Positions 21,942 through 34,544 of a stretch of DNA of 64,000 bases are shown here, in pieces (positions within the stretch are counted from its first letter, which is position 1; each line of letters opens with the position of its first letter). The stretch is from Nitrospirota bacterium (GTDB lineage: Bacteria; Nitrospirota; UBA9217): assembly GCA_963818475.1 (NCBI GenBank), contig CAWFSF010000005.1, positions 576,001 through 640,000 of the forward strand, given 5' to 3'. The translations under genes and the position numbers were made by a program. The notes below the pieces were generated by a model that saw nothing but the letters and a program-made list of their open reading frames with translations, was not told the origin of the DNA and did no database searches.

Positions 21942-23518
21942 TCAACCAAAAATAATGAACATGAAGGGCAGAACCTCACGTCTGTTCTTGTTCTTTCCCT
22001 TTTTCCAGTACTCCAGTTTGTTCAGGGCGTTCACATAGGCCTTGGCGCTCGCAATGATGATGTCCGTGTCCGCACCGTGGCCGGCGACCTTCTTGCCCTC
22101 TTCCTCAACCTTCACCGTCACCTCGCCCAGAGCGTCGGTACCGCCCGTAATACCCTTCACAAGATAGGCGTCGAGCTTGCTCTTGGTACCCGTGATCGCT
22201 GCGATGGTTCGATATACGGCGTCAACCGGGCCGTCGCCCGTGCCGGTCTGCTTAACGCATCGTGCCGTTCACCTGCATTTCCACCGTGGCTGTCGGCGTA
22301 ATCCCGGTACCGCTTTCCGCCTTGCAGGCTTTTCAGCACATACACCTCGGCTATGTGCTTTACTTTGTCGGAGATAAGCGCCTCGATGTCCTCATCGAAC
22401 ACTTCCTTTTTCTTGTCCGCCAGGGTGAGGAATGCCTCGTATACCTTCTCGAACTCCGCGTCGGGCAGTTCGTTGCCGAGTTCTGCGATCCGGTGACGAA
22501 GCGCATGGCGCCCGGAACGGGCGGTGAGTACAATAGAAGATCCACCTGCACCGACATCCGCCGGATCGATGATCTCGTAGGTGGAACGCTCCTTGAGCAC
22601 GCCGTCCTGATGGATCCCGGAGGAGTGGGCAAAGGCATTTGCGCCCGACGATCGCCTTGTTCGGCTGGATAACGATGCCGGTGATGGAAGAGACCAGGCG
22701 CGAGGTCGCGAATGATCTCCTTTGCATTGATGTTCGTGTCGGCGTCGAAATAATCACGGCGCTGACGCAAGCGCCATGACCACTTCTTCCATGGCAGTGT
22801 TCCCGGCGCGTTCGCCGATGCCGTTGATGGTGCACTCGACCTGTCCGGCGCCGTTCTTGATACCGGCGAGCGCGTTCGCCGTGGCCATGCCGAGGTCATT
22901 ATGGCAATGCACGGATATGGTAACGTTCTCGATGCCGGGCACGTTTTCCCTGATGCCTCTGATGAGCGCACCGAACTCCTCGGGATAGGTATAGCCGGTC
23001 GTATCCGGGATGTTCACGACCGTAGCGCCGGCCTTGATGACCGCCTCAACCATGCGGTAGAGAAAGGCCGGCTCGGCCCGGCCTGCATCCTCGGCATAAA
23101 ACTCGACGTCGCCAACAAAGGAACGTGCGAGCTTTGACCGCGGCAATTGCTCGTTCCAGCGCCTCTTCGCGGCTGATCCGGAATTTATGCTGGAGATGGC
23201 TTTCGGAAACACCTATCCCCGTATGGATACGAGGGCGTTTTGCCGTTTTGAGCGCGTCAGCGGCAACTTCGATGTCTTTTGCCACGGCACGCGTGAGAGC
23301 CGCAGACGACGACGGCATCCCCGACCTCTTCACCGATCCTTCCGCACGCTTTCGAAATCACCAGGACTCGAGATCGGGAACCCTGCCTCAATGACATCGA
23401 CGCCGAGACGCACAAGCTGTCGCGCGATCTCGATCTTTTCCGCAGTGTTCATGCTCGCGCCCGGGGACTGTTCCCCGTCGCGAAGCGTGGTATCGAATAT
23501 TTTAACAATAGTGCTCAT
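21942..23518 (-). CDS. leuA: 2-isopropylmalate synthase; several frameshifts
   Basis: [27 protein letters not shown] and C-terminal regulatory TDII.ASA.AY. Confidence 0.9.
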
Positions 23519-23573
23519 ATACTCCTCCACTTCATGCCCGGTGAACAAGGCACGATGCAGACAACACATTCAT

Positions 23574-23611
23574 AAAAAGAAAAGAGAGATCAGCATATGC
23601 TCGGATCTCTC
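23574..23611 (-). terminator. Intrinsic terminator / candidate attenuator upstream of leuA
   Basis: Minus strand GAGAGATC-cgagcatatgct-GATCTCTC-TTTTCTTTTT. Confidence 0.75.
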
Positions 23612-23642
23612 AGCCAACTCACCGTCGTAACCGCTCTTGCGA

Positions 23643-24408
23643 TCAGGAGAGACTAAGCCGAGGCTTCCTTCGGTTTCCTCGGAGCAGACCGTACAGCGCT
23701 TCCGCCATGCCCAGCGGCACATAGAACATGGAGACCAGGAACAGGACCAGCGAAGGATGATAGGCGACGACCGCAAGGAACGCTGCAATGCCCACCAGTA
23801 TCCCGAAGGGCCGGCGCTCCTTCAGGTTGGCCTCTTTCAGGCTGTGGTAGGTGATGTTGCTCACCATCAGCGCCGGCCAGCAGGAACGTCAGGACCAGCA
23901 CCCAGTAGTCCTTGCCCACCATGTCCGCCAGCCACGCAAGCCGCAGGTGCTCCAGGATCCGGATGAGCTCGTCGTAGGCCAGCACGGTCGTGGCGATCAC
24001 GAGGGCCGCGGCGGGCGTCGGAAGCCCGGTAAAATGCTTTTTCTCGGCGCCGCCCATCTGCACGTTGAACCGTGCAAGCCGGAGCGCGGCGCAGGCGACC
24101 AGGAAGAACGAGCCGAGCCAGCCAAGCCTTCCCGAAGGACTGACAGCGTCCAGGTATAGACCAGGATGCCCGGGCGCAACGCCGAAGGAGATGACGTCCG
24201 ACAGCGAGTCGATCTCGATGCCGAACCGCGTCGCCGTATGCGTCATCCGTGCGACCCAGCCGTCCAGCACATCAAAGACCGACGCGATCATGATCGCCCA
24301 TGCCGCACGCTCATAGTCGGAATTGAACGATGCCGACGATGGAATAAAACCCGGAGAACATGCTCATCAGCGTGAGGAGGTTGGGAAGGATATAGATCCT
24401 TTTCTCAC
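23643..24408 (-). CDS. pssA: CDP-diacylglycerol--serine O-phosphatidyltransferase; frameshifted
   Basis: D.LDG..AR......FG...DSL.D...FG, RLARFN and F.GLP.P motifs. Confidence 0.9.
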
Positions 24409-24413
24409 CGATT

Positions 24414-25059
24414 TCAGACACCGCCGATGATGTCCCGCGTCACGCCCTTGATGCGGTCGCCGATCTTCACCTTCAGCTCCGTGTCCTTGGGGAGGAAGAG
24501 GTCCACCCGGGAACCGAACCGGATCAGGCCATAACGCTCGCCGATGTCGATCACGTCGCCCGGCTTTGCATAGCAGACGATGCGACGGGCAATGAGCCCG
24601 GCGATCTGCTTGACCAGGATCTTCTGTTTTCCCGTTGCGATGACCATGGCCGTCTGTTCGTTGTCGAGCGAGGCCTTGTCCACCGATGCCACATGGAACT
24701 TGCCGGGGTTGTACTTCACCGTCTCGACGGTGCCGCCCACCGGCGAACGGTTCACATGGACATTGAACACGGACAGGAAGATGCTGATCTGCTTCACGTC
24801 CTGCTTCAGGTAAGTCAGGCTCGTAGACGTCCTTGATCACGATCACCCTGCCGTCGGCAGGCGATACGACGAGGTGCTTCCCCTTCGGGAAGCTTCCGCT
24901 CCGGGTCGCGAAAGAAGAACAGGACGAAGAGCGTCAGCACCAGGAGAACGATGCCCGTGTTCTTCCAGCCGAAGGCAGAACAGCAGTCGCCGTAACGATC
25001 GCCAGCGGGATGATGAACATCCATCCTTCGGAGGCAACCGGTATGCCATAGTTTTTCAT
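24414..25059 (-). CDS. psd: Phosphatidylserine decarboxylase; frameshifted
   Basis: FFRDPER, NVHVNRSP, NEQ and RFGS.VD autocleavage motif. Confidence 0.9.
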
Positions 25060-25072
25060 CATGCTTTAAACC

Positions 25073-25196
25073 AATCTCGAAATTCTAATATCAAATCCAA
25101 AACAAATTCTAAACAACAAATATCAACAATGTGTAAATATTCGCTATTCGACATTAATAATTGTTTCGGATTTCGAAATTCGCATTTCGCATTTGC
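25073..25196. repeat. AT-rich degenerate heptamer repeat with inverted arms
   Basis: aatctcgaaattctaatatcaaatcc ... ttcggatttcgaaattcgcatttcgcattt. Confidence 0.7.
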
Positions 25197-25197
25197 C

Positions 25198-26235
<1,038 letters not shown>

Positions 26236-26259
26236 TCAAATAGTATACGATGGAGGAGT

Positions 26260-26907
26260 CTATTGCAGCCTGCTTTTTCAGTTCTTCATCGGCAAAGATC
26301 TGGTTCAATGGCGCCGGAAAGCGCTTCGGCCATGGCGTTCTGATAAAGGCCGTCGAATAGACGACGTTCTGACGCTCGATCTTGCTGTTCACGTTCAGGA
26401 TGCGGATGATCTTCTTCTGCGCCACATCGGCCACAACGACCCGCAGCTCCACCTTGGCCTTTGACTTTCGTTTTCCGAACGGCGACGATTGCGTCCACCC
26501 AGAGGTCTTGATCTCTCCGCTCAGACCAGGAGGTCCGACCAGGCGCCGCGATACCGGCCTCGGTCAGGTCCCAGGCAGCGGCGTCCTTTGACCGGGATAT
26601 CCGCCGCGCTGCGAGCGCTGTCTTAAGCGCGGTCGTGACCTTGTCGACAACCGTACCCTGCACAACCAGATCGGTTGACCTCGTTCGTTCAGCGCGTTGA
26701 ACCGCTTCCCTACGACCGATTCGATCTTCCCCCGCTCGTCCTTGAAGGGGCTCACCGCCACGGTCACGGCTGCGGCCGCCGCGGGAACCGACTGCGGCTG
26801 CTGGTACTTGAAATCCGTCAGGATCGGACCCTTGGCGTGCACAATCTGCCGGAAGGGCAGCCAGAAAGAAGCGCTAGGCTGATACACAGAAGATATATCC
26901 GGTTCAT
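26260..26907 (-). CDS. Putative lipoprotein (YajG-like); frameshifted
   Basis: MNRIYLLCISLALLSGC lipobox; V.V.PF.D.R pattern. Confidence 0.6.
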
Positions 26908-26932
26908 GTCGACCTCCTTTTTTCCGTGGCAG

Positions 26933-27406
26933 CTACTCCCGGGTGATCGCGACCTTGCCGGTCCGTACGATCTCCTTGATGCCGATGGGCCGGAGAAGTT
27001 CGATGAAGGCCTCCAGCTTCTTTTCGTCTCCCGTCACCTGGAAGGTATAGGTCTTGATCGTCGAATCCACGACGCGGGCCCGGAAGATGTCGGCGATCCG
27101 GAGCGCCTCGGCCCGGTGCTCCGCCGGCGCGTTGACCTTGATGAGGCACATCTCCCGCTCAACATACTCCTTCTCCGCAAGGTCCGTCACCTTGATGACG
27201 TCGATCAGCTTGTTCAGCTGCTTGATGATCTGCTCCAGGATGCGCTCGTCGCCGGTGGTCACGATCGTCATCTGCGAGATCGTCGGGTCGAGCGTCGGAC
27301 CGATGGAAATGGTCTCGATATTGAAGCCCCTGCCGCTGAACAGGCCCGACACCCGCGACAGCACGCCGAATTTATTTTCCACCAGTACGGATATGATATG
27401 TTTCAT
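26933..27406 (-). CDS. ilvN: Acetolactate synthase small subunit
   Basis: [22 protein letters not shown] and KQLNKLIDV. Confidence 0.95.
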   Translation of the reverse strand: MKHIISVLVENKFGVLSRVSGLFSGRGFNIETISIGPTLDPTISQMTIVTTGDERILEQIIKQLNKLIDVIKVTDLAEKEYVEREMCLIKVNAPAEHRAEALRIADIFRARVVDSTIKTYTFQVTGDEKKLEAFIELLRPIGIKEIVRTGKVAITRE

Positions 27407-27479
27407 GCGTTCAGTATCGCCCGCCTTAGGCTTCACGTGATCGCAGCTTGTTTCCGCGTCGCAATCCGCATTCCGCGAT

Positions 27480-29223
27480 TCACTTCACCGCTTTCAGCTT
27501 TTTCTCTTCCTTCTTCTGCTCTTCCCCGAAGATCATCTCATTGATGGACGCGCCTGCCGGCACCATGGGGAAGACCTTTTCATACCGGGCGGTCACGAAA
27601 TCCATGAACACCGTCCGCTTCGCCTTCAGCGCCTCTTTCAGCACCGCCGCGACCTCCGACGGCTTCGTGGCGCGCAGGCCGATGGCGCCGTAGGCTTCGG
27701 CGAGCTTCACGAAGTCAGGCGTGCTGCCCAGGTCCACGGACGAGTATCGCTCCTGGTAGAACAGTTCCTGCCACTGCCGCACCATGCCGAGGTAGCGGTT
27801 GTTCAGGATCACCACTTTCACCGGAATCTTGTTCTCGACCGCCGTGGCAAGCTCCTGGATGTTCATCTGGATGCTGCCGTCGCCGGAGATGCAGAACACG
27901 TCTCTGTCCGGATTGGCCACCTTCGCGCCGATCGCCGCCGGGAACCCGTAGCCCATGGTGCCCGAGACCGCCGGAGGACAGCCAGTCGCGCGGCTTGTCG
28001 ATACTTGTAGTACTGCGCGGCCCACATCTGGTGCTGGCCCACATCGGTCACGATAATGGCATCGCCCCCGGTGATCTCGTAGAGCTTCTCGACCACGAAC
28101 TGCGGCTTGATGACGTCATCCGCGTATTCATAGGACAGCGGCCGCTCTTCCCGCCAGGCCTCGATCTGCTTGCTCCAGCTCTTGCGGATCGCGTCCCAGG
28201 GTTCCTTGCTGATGATGGAGTTCCTTGTTCAGGTCCACCATCACGTGCTTCACATCGCCCACGATCGGGATGTCCACGCGCACGTTCTTTCTGATCGACG
28301 TCGGGTCCACGTCGATATGGATGATCTTGGCCTCCGGCGCGAACCCTTCCACCTTGCCGGTCACGCGGTCGTCGAACCGTGCGCCGATGGCGACGATGAG
28401 GTCCGAGTTGTGGATCGCCATGTTGGCGTAGTAGGTGCCGTGCATGCCGAGCATGCCGAGCGAAAGCGGGTGCGTGCCCGGGAAGCCGCCGATGCCCATC
28501 AGCGTATGGGTCACCGGGATCTTCGTGATCTCGGCGAACTCGAGGATCTCCGCAGCGGCATTGGACAGGATGACGCCGCCGCCGATATAGGCGACCGGTT
28601 TCTTCGCCTTTGCGATGGCTTCCGCCGCCTGCTTGATCTGCCACTTGTTGCCGGTGACCGTCGGATTATAGCTGCGGATCTCCACCTTGTCCGGGCCAAT
28701 GGAACTCCGCCTTGTTCGTGACCACATCCCGCGGAAGGTCGATGAGCACCGGACCCGGCCTGCCCGTGGAGGCGATATAGAACGCCTCCTTGACGGTCTG
28801 GGCGATGTCCTTCACGTCCTTGACCAGGAAATTGTACTTGGTGCAGGGACGGGTGATGCCGACGATGTCCGCTTCCTGGAAGGCGTCGTTGCCGATCAGC
28901 GCCGTCGGCACCTGGCCGGTGAACACGACGATCGGGATGGAGTCCATATATGCCGTGGCAAGGCCGGTGACCACGTTCGTGGCGCCCGGGCCGGACGTAA
29001 CCAGCGCCACGCCGACCTTGCCGGTGGAGCGGGCATACCCGTCGGCCATGTGCACGCCGCCCTGCTCGTGGCGCGGCAGGATGATGCGGAGGTCCTTCTG
29101 CTCGTACAGAACGTCGAAGATCTTGAGCACCACGCCGCCGGGATAGCAGAAGAGCGTGTCCACCTTCTCCTTCTTCAGACATTCCAGGAATATTTCCGCA
29201 CCGGTGATTTCTTTATTGGACAT
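27480..29223 (-). CDS. ilvB: Acetolactate synthase large subunit; frameshifted
   Basis: [30 protein letters not shown] and GDGS.QMN TPP motif. Confidence 0.95.
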
Positions 29224-29240
29224 AGTTCACCCTTTGTCGT

Positions 29241-29327
29241 GAAAATTACAAATTTGAATTCCAAATCACAAATCCCAAATAATGCCCAAATGCTAAATTC
29301 AATATCCAACTTCTGACTTTCGTATTC
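29241..29327. repeat. Degenerate heptamer repeat (caaat-- units)
   Basis: ttccaaatcacaaatcccaaataatgcccaaatgctaaattc between ilvD and ilvB. Confidence 0.65.
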
Positions 29328-29349
29328 TTCGGCTAACATTTGATGCTTG

Positions 29350-31006
29350 TTACGCTTTTACGATCGCTCCGGTGTTCGCCGAGGTAACGACCTTCGCGTA
29401 CCGGGCGAGCCAGCCGTTCTTGATCTTCGGCTCCCGCGGTTTCCACTTGGCAAGCCGCTTCTTGATCTCCGCTTTGGACAGCTTTGATCTCGAGTTTGCG
29501 GTTCGGGATGTCGAGAACGATCCTGTCCCCGTTCCGCACGATCGCGATGGGCCCGCCCTCGGCAGCCTCGGGAGAGATGTGGCCGATGCAGGGGCCGCGC
29601 GTGCCGCCCGAGAACCTGCCGTCGGTCAGAAGAACTACGGATTCGCCCAGTCCCATGCCGGAAATGGCCGACGTGGGAGAGAGCATTTCGCGCATGCCCG
29701 GCCCGCCCTTGGGCCCTTCATAGCGGATGACGATCACATGGCCGGGCTTGATCTTGTTCGCGAGGATGGCCTTCATCGACTCCTCCTCGGAATCGAACAC
29801 AATGGCCTTGCCCTCGAACTTCATCATCTTGTCGCTCACCGCGGTCTGCTTTACCACGCGAGCCGTTCGGCGCAAGGTTGCCGGAGAGCACGGCGATGCC
29901 GCCCTCTTTGTGGTAGGCCTTGTTCAGCGTCCGGATGACCTCGTCGTTCCCGACGCGGCCTGCCTTTGCCATGTTCGACGATCGATCTGCCGCTCACCGT
30001 CGGCGAGGTCTTGAGCATTTTCGTGAACCGCGACAACACGCCCGGGATGCCGCCTGCGGCATCGAGGTCCTCCATATAGGTGGGACCGCCGGGCAGCATG
30101 TTGCAGAGATGCGGCGTCGTGCGGCTGATCCTGTCAAAAGTCGCGATGGAAAGCTCGATGCCTGCCTCGTGGGCGATCGCCGGAATATGGAGCGTCGTAT
30201 TCGTCGAGCCGCCGAGCGCCATGTCGATGCGGATGGCGTTCTCGAAGGCGTTCTTGGTCATGATCTTGCGCGGCGTGAGATCTTCCTTCACCATGCCGAC
30301 GATCCGTTTGCCGCTGTCAAAGGCGATCCTGCGCTTTTCACCGGAGACCGCAAGCGCGGTGGCGCAGCCCGGAAGGCTCATGCCGATCGACTCGGTGACG
30401 CAGGCCATGGTGTTCGCCGTGTACATGCCCTGGCAGGAGCCGGGGCCGGGACAGGCGCAGGTCTCGAGCTCGGCAAGTTCGCGCTGGGACATCTCGCCCT
30501 TCCGCACCTTGCCCACGGCCTCGAAGGCGGTGATCAGGTTCACGCGGTTGCCGCGGTAATTGCCGGAATGCATGGCGCCGGCGGTCACCACGATCGTCGG
30601 GATGTTGACCCGCGCCGCTGCCATGAGCATGCCCGGCGTGATCTTGTCGCAGTTCGTGAGCAGCACCAGTCCGTCGAAAGCATTGGCCATGGCAATGGAT
30701 TCGACCATGTCGGCGATCAGCTCGCGCGAAGGCAGCGAATAATGCATGCCCACATGCCCCATGGCGATGCCGTCGCAGATGCCCGGCAGTGCCGAAGAAC
30801 TGCGGCCAGCCGCCGCCGGCATGGACGCCCTTCTCGATGAACCGCTCGAGGTCGCGCATCCCGATATGGCCCGGGATCAGGTCGGTAAAGCTCGTGGCAA
30901 CGCCGATCATGGGCTTGTCGAGCTCGCTCCGGGTGATGCCCGTTGCGAACAAAAGAGACCTGTGCGGCGCCCGCTCCAGGCCTTTCTTGATCCTGTCACT
31001 TCTCAA
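29350..31006 (-). CDS. ilvD: Dihydroxy-acid dehydratase; frameshifted
   Basis: [31 protein letters not shown] and TDGRFSG motifs. Confidence 0.95.
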
Positions 31007-31069
31007 GGTGGCTGCTCCCTCAACGGAAAATAGTAGATATTTTTAACATAGATACGGGAAGTTAGTCAA

Positions 31070-31109
31070 TAAAAAAATCCCCCTTTGTCCTTTATGACAA
31101 AGGGGGATT
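31070..31109 (-). terminator. Perfect 14-bp hairpin with U-tract (terminator or REP-like)
   Basis: AATCCCCCTTTGTC-ctttat-GACAAAGGGGGATT preceded by an A-run. Confidence 0.7.
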
Positions 31110-31162
31110 CATGGTTTTCCGTGCAATAAAACACAAAAGGCAAGGTTGCCCGTCCCTTGCCT

Positions 31163-31411
31163 CTACCCGGTCAGGCTTGCCCGCTTCGTGTGCGCCTGAC
31201 TATGTTCCATCATCCTGTCTTTTGCCGCCAGCTTCAGCTTCTGCATCCTTTTCCGTTCGACTTCCTGCTCAGGAGTGAGATACCGGTGGGCTTCAAAGGT
31301 CTCAAGCGTTTGCTCCAGATTCTCATGCTCCTCTTCCCATTTCCTGTACTCCGGGTTCTCCATCCTGAGTCGCTCCCTTGCTGCTTCCTCATTTACCTCC
31401 ATCACATTCAT
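31163..31411 (-). CDS. DUF465/YdcH-like small coiled-coil protein
   Basis: EH..L...L.......LT..E..K..KL..KD pattern. Confidence 0.75.
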   Translation of the reverse strand: MNVMEVNEEAARERLRMENPEYRKWEEEHENLEQTLETFEAHRYLTPEQEVERKRMQKLKLAAKDRMMEHSQAHTKRASLTG

Positions 31412-31586
31412 ACACGTCCCTCCTTTTTATCGTCAGGATTGTTCATGTTTTAGAAGGTTGGAAAAGAACGTTTTCAGTGAGAAAAAGTTAACACACTTGC
31501 CAGAAAAAGGCAAGTCCATAAATTATCGTTTAAAAACAATATGATACAAGGTGGCCTATCCTTCATATTCAGCGGCACGTCAACCA

Positions 31587-32438
31587 TCACGGCAGCGATG
31601 CAAGATAGTTCAGCAGTTTTTCTCTGAACGCGGTATCTGAAAACGAACTGACATGGCCGGGGACAGGGCTGACCCAGAGTTCTTTCGGTTCCGAGGCGGC
31701 ATCGTACAGGAGTCGGCCATGGTGGCCGGGAACGATGCGGTCATCCGTGCCATAGACGATGAGCAGCGGTACGGGGGCGATGTCTTTGATCCTTTTCATG
31801 GGGCTGTAATCGTTATTGACCAGGAAGGAGAGCGGATACTGGAAGGGCCAGCCGACGATGGAATCCGCGATCTTTTCGCGCGCGATCATCCGGTAATCCG
31901 AGAAAACACTGTCAAGGATCAGTGCCTTCACGCGGTCCTTGTGGCGGGAGGTTGCGACCAGATGCGTGGCGATCGCGCCGCCCAGGCTCTTGCCGAATAC
32001 AATGATACGACTCCCCGGATGAGGCAGCCGGGTGATGAGCGTTTCGAGCGCTGCCTCAGCATCACGGTGAACTCCCTGCACATCCGGCTGTCCTCCGGAA
32101 CGGCCATATCCGCGGTAGTCGAAAATAAAGAGGTTGTAGCCCGCCTCGACGAGCCACCGGTCGAGCCGCACATGGGTACTGATATTCTCGACGTTCCCAT
32201 GGCAGACCAGGATGGTGCCGCGGGCTTCCGGACGCGTGAAGTACCATCCAAAGAGCTTCACCCCGTCAGGCGACGTGAAATATACGTCTTCGGGAGATAA
32301 TCGCTCTGTCGCCGGATCGTTTACGAACAGATTTCCGGGCTTGAAAAAAAGACCGGTACACCCCGCGAAGACCAGGAGCAGCGCCACCAACAGGATAAAA
32401 TACAGATGTCGTTTCATGCCGATACGTTGTCCGGTCAT
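31587..32438 (-). CDS. Alpha/beta hydrolase lipoprotein
   Basis: FAGC lipobox, HGN, DYRGYG.S.G, GKSLGG, and catalytic D and H. Confidence 0.85.
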   Translation of the reverse strand: MTGQRIGMKRHLYFILLVALLLVFAGCTGLFFKPGNLFVNDPATERLSPEDVYFTSPDGVKLFGWYFTRPEARGTILVCHGNVENISTHVRLDRWLVEAGYNLFIFDYRGYGRSGGQPDVQGVHRDAEAALETLITRLPHPGSRIIVFGKSLGGAIATHLVATSRHKDRVKALILDSVFSDYRMIAREKIADSIVGWPFQYPLSFLVNNDYSPMKRIKDIAPVPLLIVYGTDDRIVPGHHGRLLYDAASEPKELWVSPVPGHVSSFSDTAFREKLLNYLASLP

Positions 32439-32589
32439 GAACCCTCCCGGGAATCGACCAGAACGGTCACGGGCCCGTCGTCCAGGAACCGAGGAAATTG
32501 ACCTCCTATAGTCCCCTTATAAACGGTTTTACACTAAATGCATCAACGTATGAAAAAGTGCCAAAAGCTTTAAGTTTCTCATGATTTCA

Positions 32590-33075
32590 TTATTCTGGCT
32601 GCGATAATAATTCGGTCAATCTATTTCTTGAAGGGTAAATAATATCGCTAATTCGCCATCCGCTTTTTGTATTTCTTAATTCGTAAATCAAGCTTTTGCG
32701 ACTCAGATTTGTAAATGTAACTTTGAAACGTAATGGCGATTGTTTTGAGTTAATTTCCTTTATTTCTAAATTGAGCGGAGAGTTGCCATAATCTTGTGCA
32801 TCAAATATAGGGTCCATATTGAGATTGCACACTTGGTGAGTCCGATTTGCACATTCCTCATTGCTCAGGAATAACACTGTTAAATCTTCAGTAAAATATC
32901 TGCTCAGAGTTTTGTCATCGTCGAACATGATTTCTTTGCCATTCTGTGGCTGGTGTTCTTCGTAAAGCTTAAAGATGAGGTTTTCTGGCTTATTGGACGT
33001 CTTATTTCCGGCGTCAGCATAAACACAACTAAGGAAAAACATGAAGAAGGCCAAATAGATTATTTTGTTTTTCAT
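32590..33075 (-). CDS. Secreted DUF3828-like protein; candidate orphan immunity protein
   Basis: AT-rich; signal peptide; DPIFDAQD and WRISDI motifs; position in the toxin locus. Confidence 0.65.
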   Translation of the reverse strand: MKNKIIYLAFFMFFLSCVYADAGNKTSNKPENLIFKLYEEHQPQNGKEIMFDDDKTLSRYFTEDLTVLFLSNEECANRTHQVCNLNMDPIFDAQDYGNSPLNLEIKEINSKQSPLRFKVTFTNLSRKSLIYELRNTKSGWRISDIIYPSRNRLTELLSQPE

Positions 33076-33117
33076 GACATTCTTCCCCCTATCAATCATC
33101 TTTAGAGCTACCACTTT

Positions 33118-33861
33118 GGGGACGTACCACTTTGGGCGTTGTGTCCGTGCTGTCTTTTCGTAAAACTCAGAATTCAAGAGCGCCTCTTCGTCCGCGCAAT
33201 TGCCTTTGCAATGCTGGACGTATTCACCCCGACATGCCGCGCGATCTCGGCGAGCGGCGAACCCAGTTCATCAACGCATCGCTTGGGCTCACCTGTTTTC
33301 TTCGGCCGCCGTTCTTAAGCTCTGCACGCTTCGTTGATGATCGATGCGATGGTCTTTCCGCTTCGGCGGATTTTCAACTGGCGTTTTGTCTTTTCCTCGG
33401 TTTCCTTGAGGATAGCATTCACGAAATCGCCGCCACCAAGAATGCGCTCATCAGATTCTTCTGGTGTTCCCGTCCTTCGGGCAGACAGGACCTGGGACCA
33501 GCCGCCCTTGCTTCTGATCAGTCCGCCGCCGGTAAACTCCGGATTGTGCCCCATGCTCATGCCTTCCGCAATGAATCGGTGATATGCGTTTCGGGCAGCT
33601 TTCTGACCTCGTGAGGGACAATACAGGGCCTCTCATAGAACTTGAGAATCTGGATAAAGGATGCTTGGCGGCAACGGCACGCCGGATATTTATAACGCTT
33701 AGAGAGCAAGTTCGCTTTACGTGAGAAAATCGTCGAAGAAAATGCTGATGTCCGAACAGGACGCATGGGTGAAGTGCGTCTTCAAGAAAAACCGTCAGTT
33801 ATCGTATTGGAATTTCAGCGAAAGCAAGTTGCGCTTGACAAGGGGGCTATAGGATGTCCCC
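33118..33861. mobile_element. Non-autonomous element with GGGGAC(G/A)T ends carrying a RAYT-like 3' remnant and about 255 bp of cargo
   Basis: GGGGACGT at 33118 and ATGTCCCC ending 33861; body near-identical to 56240-56740 and 56971-57227. Confidence 0.75.
33175..33600 (-). pseudogene. 3' fragment of HUH/Y1 (RAYT-like) transposase with internal deletions
   Basis: TGGGLIRSKGGWSQV...DERILGGGDFV, homologous to the 50532-51500 protein. Confidence 0.85.
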
Positions 33862-33871
33862 AAGTGTCCTC

Positions 33872-34536
33872 TTATTCACTGAAACGGTTAATTTCCTGGA
33901 TAACCTGTAGTAACCTTTTGATCGCTTGTTTTTATCTTCCGGACATTCTTCTTCAAGACTGCAACGTCCTTCGACTCGTATGAGTTTAAGACAATCGTAT
34001 GTTCCTTTTCTCTCGTTGACGTCTATCCGTGACAATGCAGTCACAGTGCTCTGGAGTTTTTTAGCGAACAGTTTGGCCGTATAATCACAAAATAGCTCAC
34101 TCACTGCGCCATCCGAATGAACAACACCGATCAAGATTTTTTCAATGGCTCTTTCGTTGCCCTTCAAAGCTATTTCCGCCCAGTGCGCTCCACTGACGTA
34201 TAAAAATCTTGGCGTAAAGCGTTTCAACTCAATATTTTCATATAGGTCACGCATGATCCCGTTAGAGTCAACAGGAAACTTGTCCACATATTGATCCTCA
34301 TATTTTTCAGAAGCCGCCAAATAAAGAGCCAGAGAGTATGCTCTTGTAAGAGTTGAATTGTTCAATCTCTCGATCTCTATTTTCAAACTTTCTAATGCCT
34401 GTACGTTACGAACTTTGGCATAATTAAATACTTTTGCCAGATAAGTATCCGTTTCATTCGACTCCGTCTCGCCATGCGCTAATTGCAAGCCGACTAACAT
34501 GCAAAATAACAAAGTAAGTAAAATAATCGTTTTCAT
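33872..34536 (-). CDS. Secreted putative immunity protein (cognate to the upstream YD toxin); indels near the 3' end
   Basis: AT-rich; signal peptide MKTIILLTLLFCMLVGLQLAHG; lies immediately after the toxin tip. Confidence 0.65.
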
Positions 34537-34544
34537 TTTTCCTC

